This document shows positions 9,167-17,422 of a DNA stretch of 64,000 nucleotides, in pieces. Origin of the DNA: an uncultured Pelagibacteraceae bacterium (GTDB lineage: Bacteria > Pseudomonadota > Alphaproteobacteria > Pelagibacterales > Pelagibacteraceae); contig CABYCY010000004.1 of assembly GCA_902517615.1 (NCBI GenBank), positions 18,041 to 82,040 of the forward strand. The letters run 5' to 3'. Both the position numbers and the translations under genes were made by a program. Below the pieces are notes generated by a model. That model was given only the letters and a program-made list of their open reading frames with translations. It made no database searches and was not told the origin of the DNA. How positions within the stretch are numbered: position 1 is the first letter of the stretch; the number at the start of each line of letters is the position of its first letter.

Positions 9167-9193
9167 AAAAGGGCCCTTTTTAGGGCCCTTTTT
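9167..9193 (+). terminator. Intrinsic terminator-like hairpin after the TRAP 2 binding-protein gene
   Basis: AAAAGGGCCCT-TTTT-AGGGCCCTTTT perfect 11-bp stem ending in T tract. Confidence 0.8.
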
Positions 9194-9219
9194 AATAAGT
9201 ATAAAAATTCATTTAAATT

Positions 9220-10203
9220 ATGTTTGTAAAAAACAATTTACCAGTACTAATAAGAATATTTAGTTATTCAATATTAGCTACTACTTTTGTCTTTTTATTT
9301 AATAATGTTTTGACAGTTTGGTTTGACTGGCCAGGGGTAAAAAATTTATTTTCTCATTATGGCTTATTTGGATTTAAAAAATTGAGTAAACCACTTTCAG
9401 ATTCAGTTTTAAATTTTGCCTTTTTACAATTATTTTTTTACTTAATTTCAATATTGCTGGCAATTTTTTATGTAAATAGATCAATAAAACAAACATTAAC
9501 AGCAGATTCAAAAATTTTAGATAAATTCACTGCCTATATAATTCGTTCATCTTTTTGGGCAGTATTAATTGTTGGGCTCGCAGATTTACTAATCTCATTT
9601 TTAGTTGTAGAAAAATTAGTTGAACCATTATTAGGAGAATACTTAAAAATTAAATTAGTAGTTCCAGCTTTTAGGATTACATATGTTCATTTTCCACTAA
9701 TTTTAATTTCATTTGTAGTTGGATATTTTACTAGATCTGTAGGTTTTATTTGGCTAGCGGTGCTTGTGGTAGGTAGTGAGTTTTTTATAGTGTTATCCAG
9801 ATTTATATTTGAATATGAACAAGCTTTCCAAGGGGATTTAGTTCGTTTCTGGTATTCGGCCCTTTATCTTTTTGCAAGTGCTTATGCGTTAATTCACGAA
9901 GGACATGTTAGGGTTGATGTTTTATATACAGGTTTTAGTGAACGAAAAAAAGCTTGGACTAATTCAATAGGATCATTAATTTTTGGCATTCCTTTATGTC
10001 TCATAGTTTTATTTTTAGGAATGGGTGGAAAGGCGAGTATTATTAATGGCCCAGTTATTTCTTTTGAAATTACTCAGCAAGGTTCTAACGGATTATATTT
10101 ACTTTATTTGATGGCAATATATCTGGCTGTATTTGCTGTCTCAATGTTAATCCAATTTACCAGTTATTTTATGAGTAGTAGTGATAAACTTTTGAAAAAT
10201 TAA
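9220..10203 (+). CDS. dctQ: TRAP small permease (DctQ) with extra N-terminal membrane region
   Basis: C-terminal half has DctQ motifs (SRFIFEY, YALIHEGHVRVDVLY); 327 aa versus 158 aa for the other DctQ in this window. Confidence 0.82.
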   Translation: MFVKNNLPVLIRIFSYSILATTFVFLFNNVLTVWFDWPGVKNLFSHYGLFGFKKLSKPLSDSVLNFAFLQLFFYLISILLAIFYVNRSIKQTLTADSKILDKFTAYIIRSSFWAVLIVGLADLLISFLVVEKLVEPLLGEYLKIKLVVPAFRITYVHFPLILISFVVGYFTRSVGFIWLAVLVVGSEFFIVLSRFIFEYEQAFQGDLVRFWYSALYLFASAYALIHEGHVRVDVLYTGFSERKKAWTNSIGSLIFGIPLCLIVLFLGMGGKASIINGPVISFEITQQGSNGLYLLYLMAIYLAVFAVSMLIQFTSYFMSSSDKLLKN

Positions 10204-10206
10204 ATT

Positions 10207-12858
10207 ATGGAACATTTATTTTTAGCTTTACTTGTTATTATAATGATAGGAGCATTGGCTTCAGGTTTTCCAGTAGCTTTTGCTTTGCCCGGTTCAGCAA
10301 TTGTTTCAATAGGTTTTGCAGCTTTTTTTGGATATCTTTTTGAAGGAGATGTAAGCGCTTATTTTGCAACTGATGGCCCAAAAGAGTGGCTAACTGCAGG
10401 GATTACAAATTTCAGGAGTAATTATTGGGATGTAGAGACAGATACCTTAATTGCTATTCCATTATTTATTTTTATGGGAATTATGTTGCAAAAATCAAAG
10501 ATCGCTGAAGATCTTTTAGTTACTATGGGTCAATTATTTGGCCCAATTCCAGGAGGGTTAGGTATTTCAGTAATTTTCGTTGGAGCTTTACTTGCAGCAA
10601 CCACAGGTATAGTTGGGGCAACAGTTATTGCGATGGGATTAATTTCATTGCCAACTATGTTGAATAACAAATATGACAAAAGTCTTGCAAGTGGTATTGT
10701 TTGTTCATCAGGAACTCTAGGTCAAATAATACCTCCATCAATTGTTTTAATAATTATTGCAGATCAATTAGCTAGTGCAGCAGATGTAGCTAATACAATC
10801 CGTCAAACAGATTATAAAATTCTTACTGGTGAATTTAACATGCCTGGAGAGTTTAGAGTGGGGTCTACTAGTGCTGGAGATATGTTTTTAGGAGCTTTGT
10901 TACCCGGATTAGTTTTGGTTGGATTATATATGTTGTATGTTTTTGTTTATGCAAGAATAAACCCTAAAGCTGCACCGCCAGTAACATTTAAAGGAAACTT
11001 TGATTTTAAATTTTGGATAAAAGTTATAGGTGTAATAATTCCACCTCTTGCTTTAATTTTCGCAGTACTTGGATCTATATTAATGGGTATTGCTACTGTA
11101 AATCAAGCTGGATCCATTGGAGCAATTGGTGCAACAATGATGGCAGGTTACCGTCTTCATAAAGGTAGGAAAGATGCATATTATCCAATAATAATATCAG
11201 TTATATCGGTTATCCCAATATTTTTTCTCGCTAAGAATTATAACTTAAATATTAAAGCTATAGATACAAGAGACTCAACTGCAATATTAATTACAGGATT
11301 TTTTACAATCACATTTTTAATTGGAATTGTTTGGAGCTTTTGGAGGTCTTACAAAATTGAAAATGTCTTAAAAGAAGTGGTTACAGAAACATGTGTGACT
11401 ACTTCAATGGTTTTTATAATTCTTTTAGGAGCTGCAATGTTAACTTCTGGTTTTAGAGCTTTTGGAGGAGAAGAATTAGTAAGAGATTTTTTACAAGATT
11501 TACCTGGAGGTTTTTGGACACAGTTTATAGTTGTGATGGCTGTAATTTTTTTATTAGGTTTCTTTCTCGATTTTATTGAAATTGCTGTAGTGGTTGTTCC
11601 TATTATTGCACCAATATTATTAGCTGAACCAGGTGCAAATATAAGTGCAATTTGGCTAGGAGTGATGATTGGAGTTAATTTACAAACATCTTTCTTAACC
11701 CCGCCATTTGGGTTTGCATTATTTTACTTAAAAGGAGTTGCTTCAAAATTAGTTACTACTTTAAATATATGGAAAGGAGTTGTTCCTTTTATAATTCTTC
11801 AACTTATTGGTCTTGGAATTGTCGGTTTTTATCCATCATTAGTAAATTATTTACCTGCAAGAACATATTTAACATCAAATGTTGCACCACCACCAATGAA
11901 TCCTAAACTTCAATATTGTTTACAAGAATATAAATTCCCTATTTATAATAATGAAGGGGATAAAATTAGAAATGCAATAATAAATTTTCAAAAGCTGACA
12001 CCTTCTAATCTTCCAAATGATAAATTAGATATATTTGAAGAACACTTTGATAATGCTCTTGGAACTTTCGCAATAGTTAAAAAACTTCAAAAAACTGAAG
12101 AAGAGTACAATTTATTTGCAGAGGATTACAGAAATCTTCATTTCTCTGTTAGGAAAAAACAGAAAAAATTAAGAAAAATTGATCATAAAATTAAAAAGTT
12201 AAAATCTGAAATTAGAAATCTAGATAAAGATGATGTGTCAAATAAAAATAAATTAGAACTTAAAATAGAAAATTATAAATTAGAAATTATTGAAATAAAA
12301 AATCAAATACCTGAAAATTGGAAATCTCGAAACAAAGAATTTGAAATACTTCACAAGGCGAAAAATACTAGAACAAAACGTTATAGAAAAAATGTTGATG
12401 AAGCATATGACAGCTTAGATCAAATAGTAATGTTTATAAATGATCATGAAAAGTTAAAAAATCTTTCACCTGAAATTAAAGAATTAAAATATTCTATAAA
12501 TAATAAAGACTATGAAAATTCAATTTCAATAATTGATAACCTTTTCGAAAAATTAAGTGAAATTTCAGGTATGGAAGAATTTGGAAATAAATTAGATGAT
12601 TTAATAACTGTAATAGATAATGAGGAAATTGATGAACAAAAATTATTATCTACCAGCACCGAAACATTTAGTCTATTTGATCAAGAAGTTTCTTGGAGAG
12701 GAGACGCTAATAAAAATTTATTACCTGAGTTAATGAAATATAATGATGTAATCAAAAATAATATTGGATTAAGACTTCAGTCAAGATTAACAAAAGAACA
12801 AGCCAAGTTTGTTGCAAGATGTAACTCAGTTCATAGAGATATATCTTTAAATTTTTAA
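10207..12858 (+). CDS. dctM: TRAP large permease (DctM) with ~330 aa hydrophilic C-terminal extension
   Basis: LIAIPLFIFMG, ATTGIVGA, GTLGQIIPPSI, LDFIEI, SFLTPPFGFAL; hydrophilic from about aa 551 to 883. Confidence 0.9.
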   Translation: MEHLFLALLVIIMIGALASGFPVAFALPGSAIVSIGFAAFFGYLFEGDVSAYFATDGPKEWLTAGITNFRSNYWDVETDTLIAIPLFIFMGIMLQKSKIAEDLLVTMGQLFGPIPGGLGISVIFVGALLAATTGIVGATVIAMGLISLPTMLNNKYDKSLASGIVCSSGTLGQIIPPSIVLIIIADQLASAADVANTIRQTDYKILTGEFNMPGEFRVGSTSAGDMFLGALLPGLVLVGLYMLYVFVYARINPKAAPPVTFKGNFDFKFWIKVIGVIIPPLALIFAVLGSILMGIATVNQAGSIGAIGATMMAGYRLHKGRKDAYYPIIISVISVIPIFFLAKNYNLNIKAIDTRDSTAILITGFFTITFLIGIVWSFWRSYKIENVLKEVVTETCVTTSMVFIILLGAAMLTSGFRAFGGEELVRDFLQDLPGGFWTQFIVVMAVIFLLGFFLDFIEIAVVVVPIIAPILLAEPGANISAIWLGVMIGVNLQTSFLTPPFGFALFYLKGVASKLVTTLNIWKGVVPFIILQLIGLGIVGFYPSLVNYLPARTYLTSNVAPPPMNPKLQYCLQEYKFPIYNNEGDKIRNAIINFQKLTPSNLPNDKLDIFEEHFDNALGTFAIVKKLQKTEEEYNLFAEDYRNLHFSVRKKQKKLRKIDHKIKKLKSEIRNLDKDDVSNKNKLELKIENYKLEIIEIKNQIPENWKSRNKEFEILHKAKNTRTKRYRKNVDEAYDSLDQIVMFINDHEKLKNLSPEIKELKYSINNKDYENSISIIDNLFEKLSEISGMEEFGNKLDDLITVIDNEEIDEQKLLSTSTETFSLFDQEVSWRGDANKNLLPELMKYNDVIKNNIGLRLQSRLTKEQAKFVARCNSVHRDISLNF

Positions 12859-12861
12859 TTA

Positions 12862-14088
12862 ATGGAAAATTATATTCTTCCTAAAAGACAGGCGATAACT
12901 GTTTTTTTTGTATTCGCTTTTGGATATTTTTTATCATGTTTATTAAGAGCTATCACAGCAACACTGTCTCCAATTTTAACTTCAGAATTTAATTTATTAG
13001 CAGCAGATCTTGGGCTTTTAGCAGGAGGATATTTTTTAGGTTTTGCGTGTATGCAAATTCCCCTTGGATATTTATTAGATAAGTTTGGGCCTAAGAAAAT
13101 CGTATCATCATTTTTATTAATTGCATTAATTGGAACAACGTCATTTGCACTAGCTCAAAGTTTTTCTGGTTTATTAGTTTCTAGAATTTTAATTGGAGTT
13201 GGAGTTAGCGCTTGTTTAATGGCACCATTAACAGGATACAGAATTTGGTTTGCTGAAAATCAACAACAGAGAGCTAATTCTTGGATGTTGATGATTGCTT
13301 CGCTAGGATTTTTATCTTCAACATTACCCGTGCAGCTTTTACTTCCAAGTTTTGGCTGGAGATGGATATTTGGTGGAATAGCAATTCTTATTTTGCTTAG
13401 TATTTTTTTGATGTTAGCTTTTATTCCTAAGTGGAATCATCTAAAAGAAAATTTATCACAAGAAGGTTCTTCAAATTTTGGTTCCTTGGCGGATGTATGG
13501 AAAAATAAATTTTTTATAAGCGTTATTCCAATGGGTTTATTTAATTATGGGGGGCTGATGGCGATACAAACTCTTTGGGCAGGACCTTGGATGATAAGAG
13601 TTGCTGGTTACACCCCTCTTGAGAGTGCCACAGGATTATTTTGGATAAATATTACTATGCTTTTTTCATTTTTTTTATGGGGTTATTTTTTACCCAGAAT
13701 TACCAAACTTGGATTCAGTGCATTAAAAATACTAAAAATTGGTTTACCAATTAGTTTTTTGGTTATGCTAAGCATTATAATCTTAGGTTCAAAGGCAGGT
13801 GCATTTTATATTGCGTTATTTATTTTGACCTCAATTTTTTTATCAGTTACTCAGCCAGCTGTTGGATTATCATTTCCTAGCTATTTAGCTGGGAAAGCAC
13901 TTACTTCATTTAATTTGTTAATATTCTTAGGAACTTTTATAATGCAGTGGCTTATGGGTCTTGTAATTGATGTTGTTAAAAATTTTGGTTATTCAGAAAT
14001 AATAGGTTTTAAATCAGCTTTTTCTGTTTTTTTAATTTTAAGCCTCACGTCTTATGTATTTTTTTTAATTATAAATAAAAAAACTTAA
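12862..14088 (+). CDS. Major facilitator superfamily transporter
   Basis: 408 aa, ~12 TM, MFS motif A (GYLLDKFGPKK), FGWRWIF. Confidence 0.85.
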   Translation: MENYILPKRQAITVFFVFAFGYFLSCLLRAITATLSPILTSEFNLLAADLGLLAGGYFLGFACMQIPLGYLLDKFGPKKIVSSFLLIALIGTTSFALAQSFSGLLVSRILIGVGVSACLMAPLTGYRIWFAENQQQRANSWMLMIASLGFLSSTLPVQLLLPSFGWRWIFGGIAILILLSIFLMLAFIPKWNHLKENLSQEGSSNFGSLADVWKNKFFISVIPMGLFNYGGLMAIQTLWAGPWMIRVAGYTPLESATGLFWINITMLFSFFLWGYFLPRITKLGFSALKILKIGLPISFLVMLSIIILGSKAGAFYIALFILTSIFLSVTQPAVGLSFPSYLAGKALTSFNLLIFLGTFIMQWLMGLVIDVVKNFGYSEIIGFKSAFSVFLILSLTSYVFFLIINKKT

Positions 14089-14097
14089 TATTTTAAT

Positions 14098-14916
14098 GTG
14101 AAACAAAAAAGTAGGAATTTTATTTTGGAATTTGTTTTTGGAATACTAATAATTTATACATCAGTATTAATTTTATTATTCATATTCCAACGAAATTTAA
14201 TGTATCACCCTGATGAAAATAATTATTTTGGTGATAAGTTAGAGGTAAAAATTCAAAAAGTTCAAATTAAGACTTCAGATAATATCAATTTACTAGGCTG
14301 GTTTCATAATAAAGATCTAAAGAATTATAAAACTATTCTTTACCTTCATGGAAACGCTGGAAAATTAGAAAATAGAATACATAAATTAAATCACTTTAAG
14401 GACATGGATGTTAATTTCTTAATCATCGCTTGGAGAGGTTTTAGTGGGAATGAGGGCAAACCTTCAGAGAAAGGACTTTATGAGGATGGAAAGAGTGCAA
14501 TTATGTGGTTAAATAGTTTAGGTGTAGTTAAAGAAGATATTATTATTTATGGAGAGTCACTTGGAACTGGAATTGCAACTGAGATTGCACAAAATAAAAA
14601 TTTTGCTGGATTAGTTTTAGAAACACCATTTACATCAATGGTTGAAGCTGCAAAAAATTTTTATCCATATATCCCAGTAGGTTTAATTTTAAAAGATAAG
14701 TATAAAAATGATGAAAAAATTAAAAATATAACTATTCCCATATTAGTAATGCATGGTGAGGCCGATCAGATAGTTCCTTTTTGGATGGGTAAAAAAGTTT
14801 TTGATTTAGCAAATGACCCCAAATATTCATATTTTACATCAACTGATGATCATATGATGGAGTATGATGAAAAGTTAGTATTAGCTTTGAACTCTTTTAT
14901 TGAGAGTTTAAATTAA
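14098..14916 (+). CDS. Alpha/beta hydrolase with N-terminal membrane anchor (Bem46/ABHD13-like)
   Basis: GTG start; YLHGNAG, WRGFSGNEG, GESLG nucleophile elbow, HGEADQIVP, DDH. Confidence 0.82.
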   Translation: MKQKSRNFILEFVFGILIIYTSVLILLFIFQRNLMYHPDENNYFGDKLEVKIQKVQIKTSDNINLLGWFHNKDLKNYKTILYLHGNAGKLENRIHKLNHFKDMDVNFLIIAWRGFSGNEGKPSEKGLYEDGKSAIMWLNSLGVVKEDIIIYGESLGTGIATEIAQNKNFAGLVLETPFTSMVEAAKNFYPYIPVGLILKDKYKNDEKIKNITIPILVMHGEADQIVPFWMGKKVFDLANDPKYSYFTSTDDHMMEYDEKLVLALNSFIESLN

Positions 14917-14964
14917 GCCACATTTTCAACAAATATAATTCAATTTTTTTTTTTAATTTTTATT

Positions 14965-15528
14965 ATGAAGAAAATTATTAAATTAATTATTATTTTAATT
15001 ATCCCTATAAATTTTTCTTATGCTAAAGATAATCTTTCCACTGTTGATAACCTATTTTATATAGATCAGATGAATTCACATGATCAAAATTTTGCTTTAT
15101 ATTTTAAAACTAGAGAAAAAGCTATATTGGCTAAAGGTGAAAACAGCAACTATATAAATGATTTTCCTAAAGATCTTTATATTTATAACTATCGAACTAA
15201 GGAATCTTCTCCACTAATTTCTTACGAATGGTTTCCAAAGAAAGCAAAATATTTTTTAAAGGAATATGATTTCCCAGTATTTCCAGATGATTTTGCTTAT
15301 TATCTTTTAAATGATAATAAAACTCTAATAATGATAAGCGCTACCAAAAATTTGAAAGCTAATTTCAAGTTTGATATTTTTGAAAGAAAATTAGAACTTT
15401 ATCCTGTTAATGGAAAATTTGAATTTATAATTTCTTCAATTGCTAAAAGTTGTGGATATAATGAGTTTAAAGAAAATTATAAATGTAGTTTTTATAAACC
15501 GTTAATTTCCAGTAATTTAATTAACTAA
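14965..15528 (+). CDS. Hypothetical secreted protein
   Basis: 187 aa ORF, signal peptide MKKIIKLIIILIIPINFSYA/K, no family recognised. Confidence 0.7.
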   Translation: MKKIIKLIIILIIPINFSYAKDNLSTVDNLFYIDQMNSHDQNFALYFKTREKAILAKGENSNYINDFPKDLYIYNYRTKESSPLISYEWFPKKAKYFLKEYDFPVFPDDFAYYLLNDNKTLIMISATKNLKANFKFDIFERKLELYPVNGKFEFIISSIAKSCGYNEFKENYKCSFYKPLISSNLIN

Positions 15529-16438
15529 TTCGTGTAAAGGCTTCAGCAAAATTTTCTGCTTCAAAAATTTGTAAATCGTCCTCCTTTTCTCCTAATCCGA
15601 GGGCAATAATTGGTAGTTTATATTTTTTAGCAACAGCTAAAAGGATACCCCCTTTTGCTGTTCCATCTAATTTTGTCATTATAAGTCCTGTAATTGGTAT
15701 AATTTTGTTAAATTCTTCAACTTGATTGATTACGTTTTGACCAGATGTAGCATCTAAAACTAAAATTACATCATGTGGAGCATTAGCATCTATTTTTTTT
15801 GTTACGTTAGCAATTTTTTTATATTCCTCCATTAAGTTTTTTTTATTTTGTAATCTTCCAGCCGTATCAATTAAGACTTGGTCAAAATTGTTGTTTAATC
15901 CATCTTCAATAGCTTTGTATGCAACAGAAGCGGGATCTGACCCTTGTGAAGACTTTGTAATTTGGACATCAATTTTTTTCGCCCAATTTTCTAATTGTTC
16001 AATGGCTGCGGCTCTAAATGTATCTGATGCAGCTAACATTACTTTATTACCATTTGCTTTCAATATTTTGCTTATTTTTCCAATCGTTGTTGTTTTGCCC
16101 ACTCCATTTACTCCTGATACTAATATTGCGTTTAATTTTTCTTTTTTATTAAAAAAATCTAACTTTTCTAATGGTTTCATTATTGAGATAATATAATTTT
16201 TAAGAATATTATTTATTTCTTCAGCTATATCTTTGTTTGGGTCAATTTTTGTTTGTGAAATAATTTCCCTTATCTCCGATGCGGAAACGACACCCACGTC
16301 TGATTGAATCAAGTAATCTTCAATTTTATCTAAAGTTTTGTCATCAATCTCTTTTTTTATAACTATATCTCTTAAGCCTGTAGTAAATGCTGATGCACTT
16401 TTTTTAAAACCTGATTTAAATTTTTCAAATATGCCCAT
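15521..16438 (-). CDS. ftsY: Signal recognition particle receptor FtsY (NG domain only)
   Basis: GVNGVGKTTT, ASDTFRAAA, DTAGR, TKLDGTAKGG. Confidence 0.96.
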   Translation of the reverse strand: MGIFEKFKSGFKKSASAFTTGLRDIVIKKEIDDKTLDKIEDYLIQSDVGVVSASEIREIISQTKIDPNKDIAEEINNILKNYIISIMKPLEKLDFFNKKEKLNAILVSGVNGVGKTTTIGKISKILKANGNKVMLAASDTFRAAAIEQLENWAKKIDVQITKSSQGSDPASVAYKAIEDGLNNNFDQVLIDTAGRLQNKKNLMEEYKKIANVTKKIDANAPHDVILVLDATSGQNVINQVEEFNKIIPITGLIMTKLDGTAKGGILLAVAKKYKLPIIALGLGEKEDDLQIFEAENFAEAFTRIS

Positions 16439-17262
16439 TAGATTTCAAAGTTTATATCTTTTATATCTGAAACTGGTCCTCTCATATGAATACTATTATT
16501 CTTATCTATTGAAATTGACAATTTTCCAGTAGAAAATTCAATATCAACTTTATCATTAGCTAGCCCATTTTGTTTTGCTGCGTAAGCTGTAGCACAAGCT
16601 GCAGTTCCACAAGCTTTTGTAAGTCCAGCTCCTCTCTCCCAAACTCTAACTTTTATTAATTCTTTACTAACAACAGTAGCAAATGTGACGTTACATTTTT
16701 CTGGAAAAAGTGAATGATTTTCTATTTCTGGTCCAATTTTTCTGATTTCAAAATTTTCGTTATTATCTACAAAAAAAATTATATGTGGATTTCCAACATT
16801 CACAGCTGTACCACCAAAAAATTCATTTTTATTATGATCTACTAATTTAATTTTTAAATTATTTGTATTTAAATCCTCAGATAAAGGAATTTCATTCCAT
16901 TTCGTTTTTGCAAGACCAATCTCAGTAGTAACCAATTTTTCACCAACAATTTGAGATTTTAAATTTCCAGACAATGTAGTTAAGATTATTTCTTTTTTAT
17001 TATTTTCTTTTGATAGCAAGTCTGCAACACATCTTGTTCCATTCCCACAAGCACCCGAAATACCACCGTCTGAATTATAAAATTCTAATGACGCATCTGA
17101 GACTTCATTTTTTTTAATTATTATTAATTGATCACAACCTATAAAATTTCTGTCACATATTTTGATTATTTGTTCTTTATTCAGATTTATAATTTTTTGC
17201 CTATTATCTATGATGACAAAATCATTACCTAAACCGTCCATTTTAAAAGCTTTAATATCCAT
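16438..17262 (-). CDS. dapF: Diaminopimelate epimerase
   Basis: GLGNDF, CGNGTRC, NVGNPH, RVWERGAG, ACGTAACA. Confidence 0.95.
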   Translation of the reverse strand: MDIKAFKMDGLGNDFVIIDNRQKIINLNKEQIIKICDRNFIGCDQLIIIKKNEVSDASLEFYNSDGGISGACGNGTRCVADLLSKENNKKEIILTTLSGNLKSQIVGEKLVTTEIGLAKTKWNEIPLSEDLNTNNLKIKLVDHNKNEFFGGTAVNVGNPHIIFFVDNNENFEIRKIGPEIENHSLFPEKCNVTFATVVSKELIKVRVWERGAGLTKACGTAACATAYAAKQNGLANDKVDIEFSTGKLSISIDKNNSIHMRGPVSDIKDINFEI

Positions 17263-17284
17263 AAATAGATATTTAACTTATTTA

Positions 17285-17312
17285 TTGACTTTTTGAACCT
17301 CTATTATAGGTT
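17285..17312 (+). promoter_or_regulatory. Candidate sigma70 promoter for ffh
   Basis: TTGACT-N16-TAGGTT just upstream of the structured leader. Confidence 0.5.
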
Positions 17313-17410
17313 GGTGCCGTTTCCGCAAAAACATTAACTTTGTGGTGTCTTTGGAAACAAAGAGATCTACACTAGTCAGCGAGGGTTCGCCCACTAGTGA
17401 GTTGCTGCTA
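17313..17410 (+). ncRNA. ffh leader RNA motif (cis-regulatory, alphaproteobacterial ffh motif)
   Basis: GC-richer island 5' of ffh with TCTTTG-GAAA-CAAAGA hairpin and bulged hairpin CACTAGT-CAGCGA-GGG-TTCG-CCC-ACTAGTG; a structured ffh 5' motif is known in Pelagibacter and other Alphaproteobacteria. Confidence 0.75.
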
Positions 17411-17422
17411 TGCGTAATTATT

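Noticed and set aside
14944-14954. T11 homopolymer before the orphan secreted gene, as a possible phase-variation switch
   Set aside because: It lies downstream of the putative -10 in untranslated sequence, and long A/T runs are common in this AT-rich window
15521-16438. FtsY at only 305 aa, and ObgE at 327 aa, as possible truncations
   Set aside because: All GTPase motifs are intact; short forms lacking the acidic or C-terminal domains are normal
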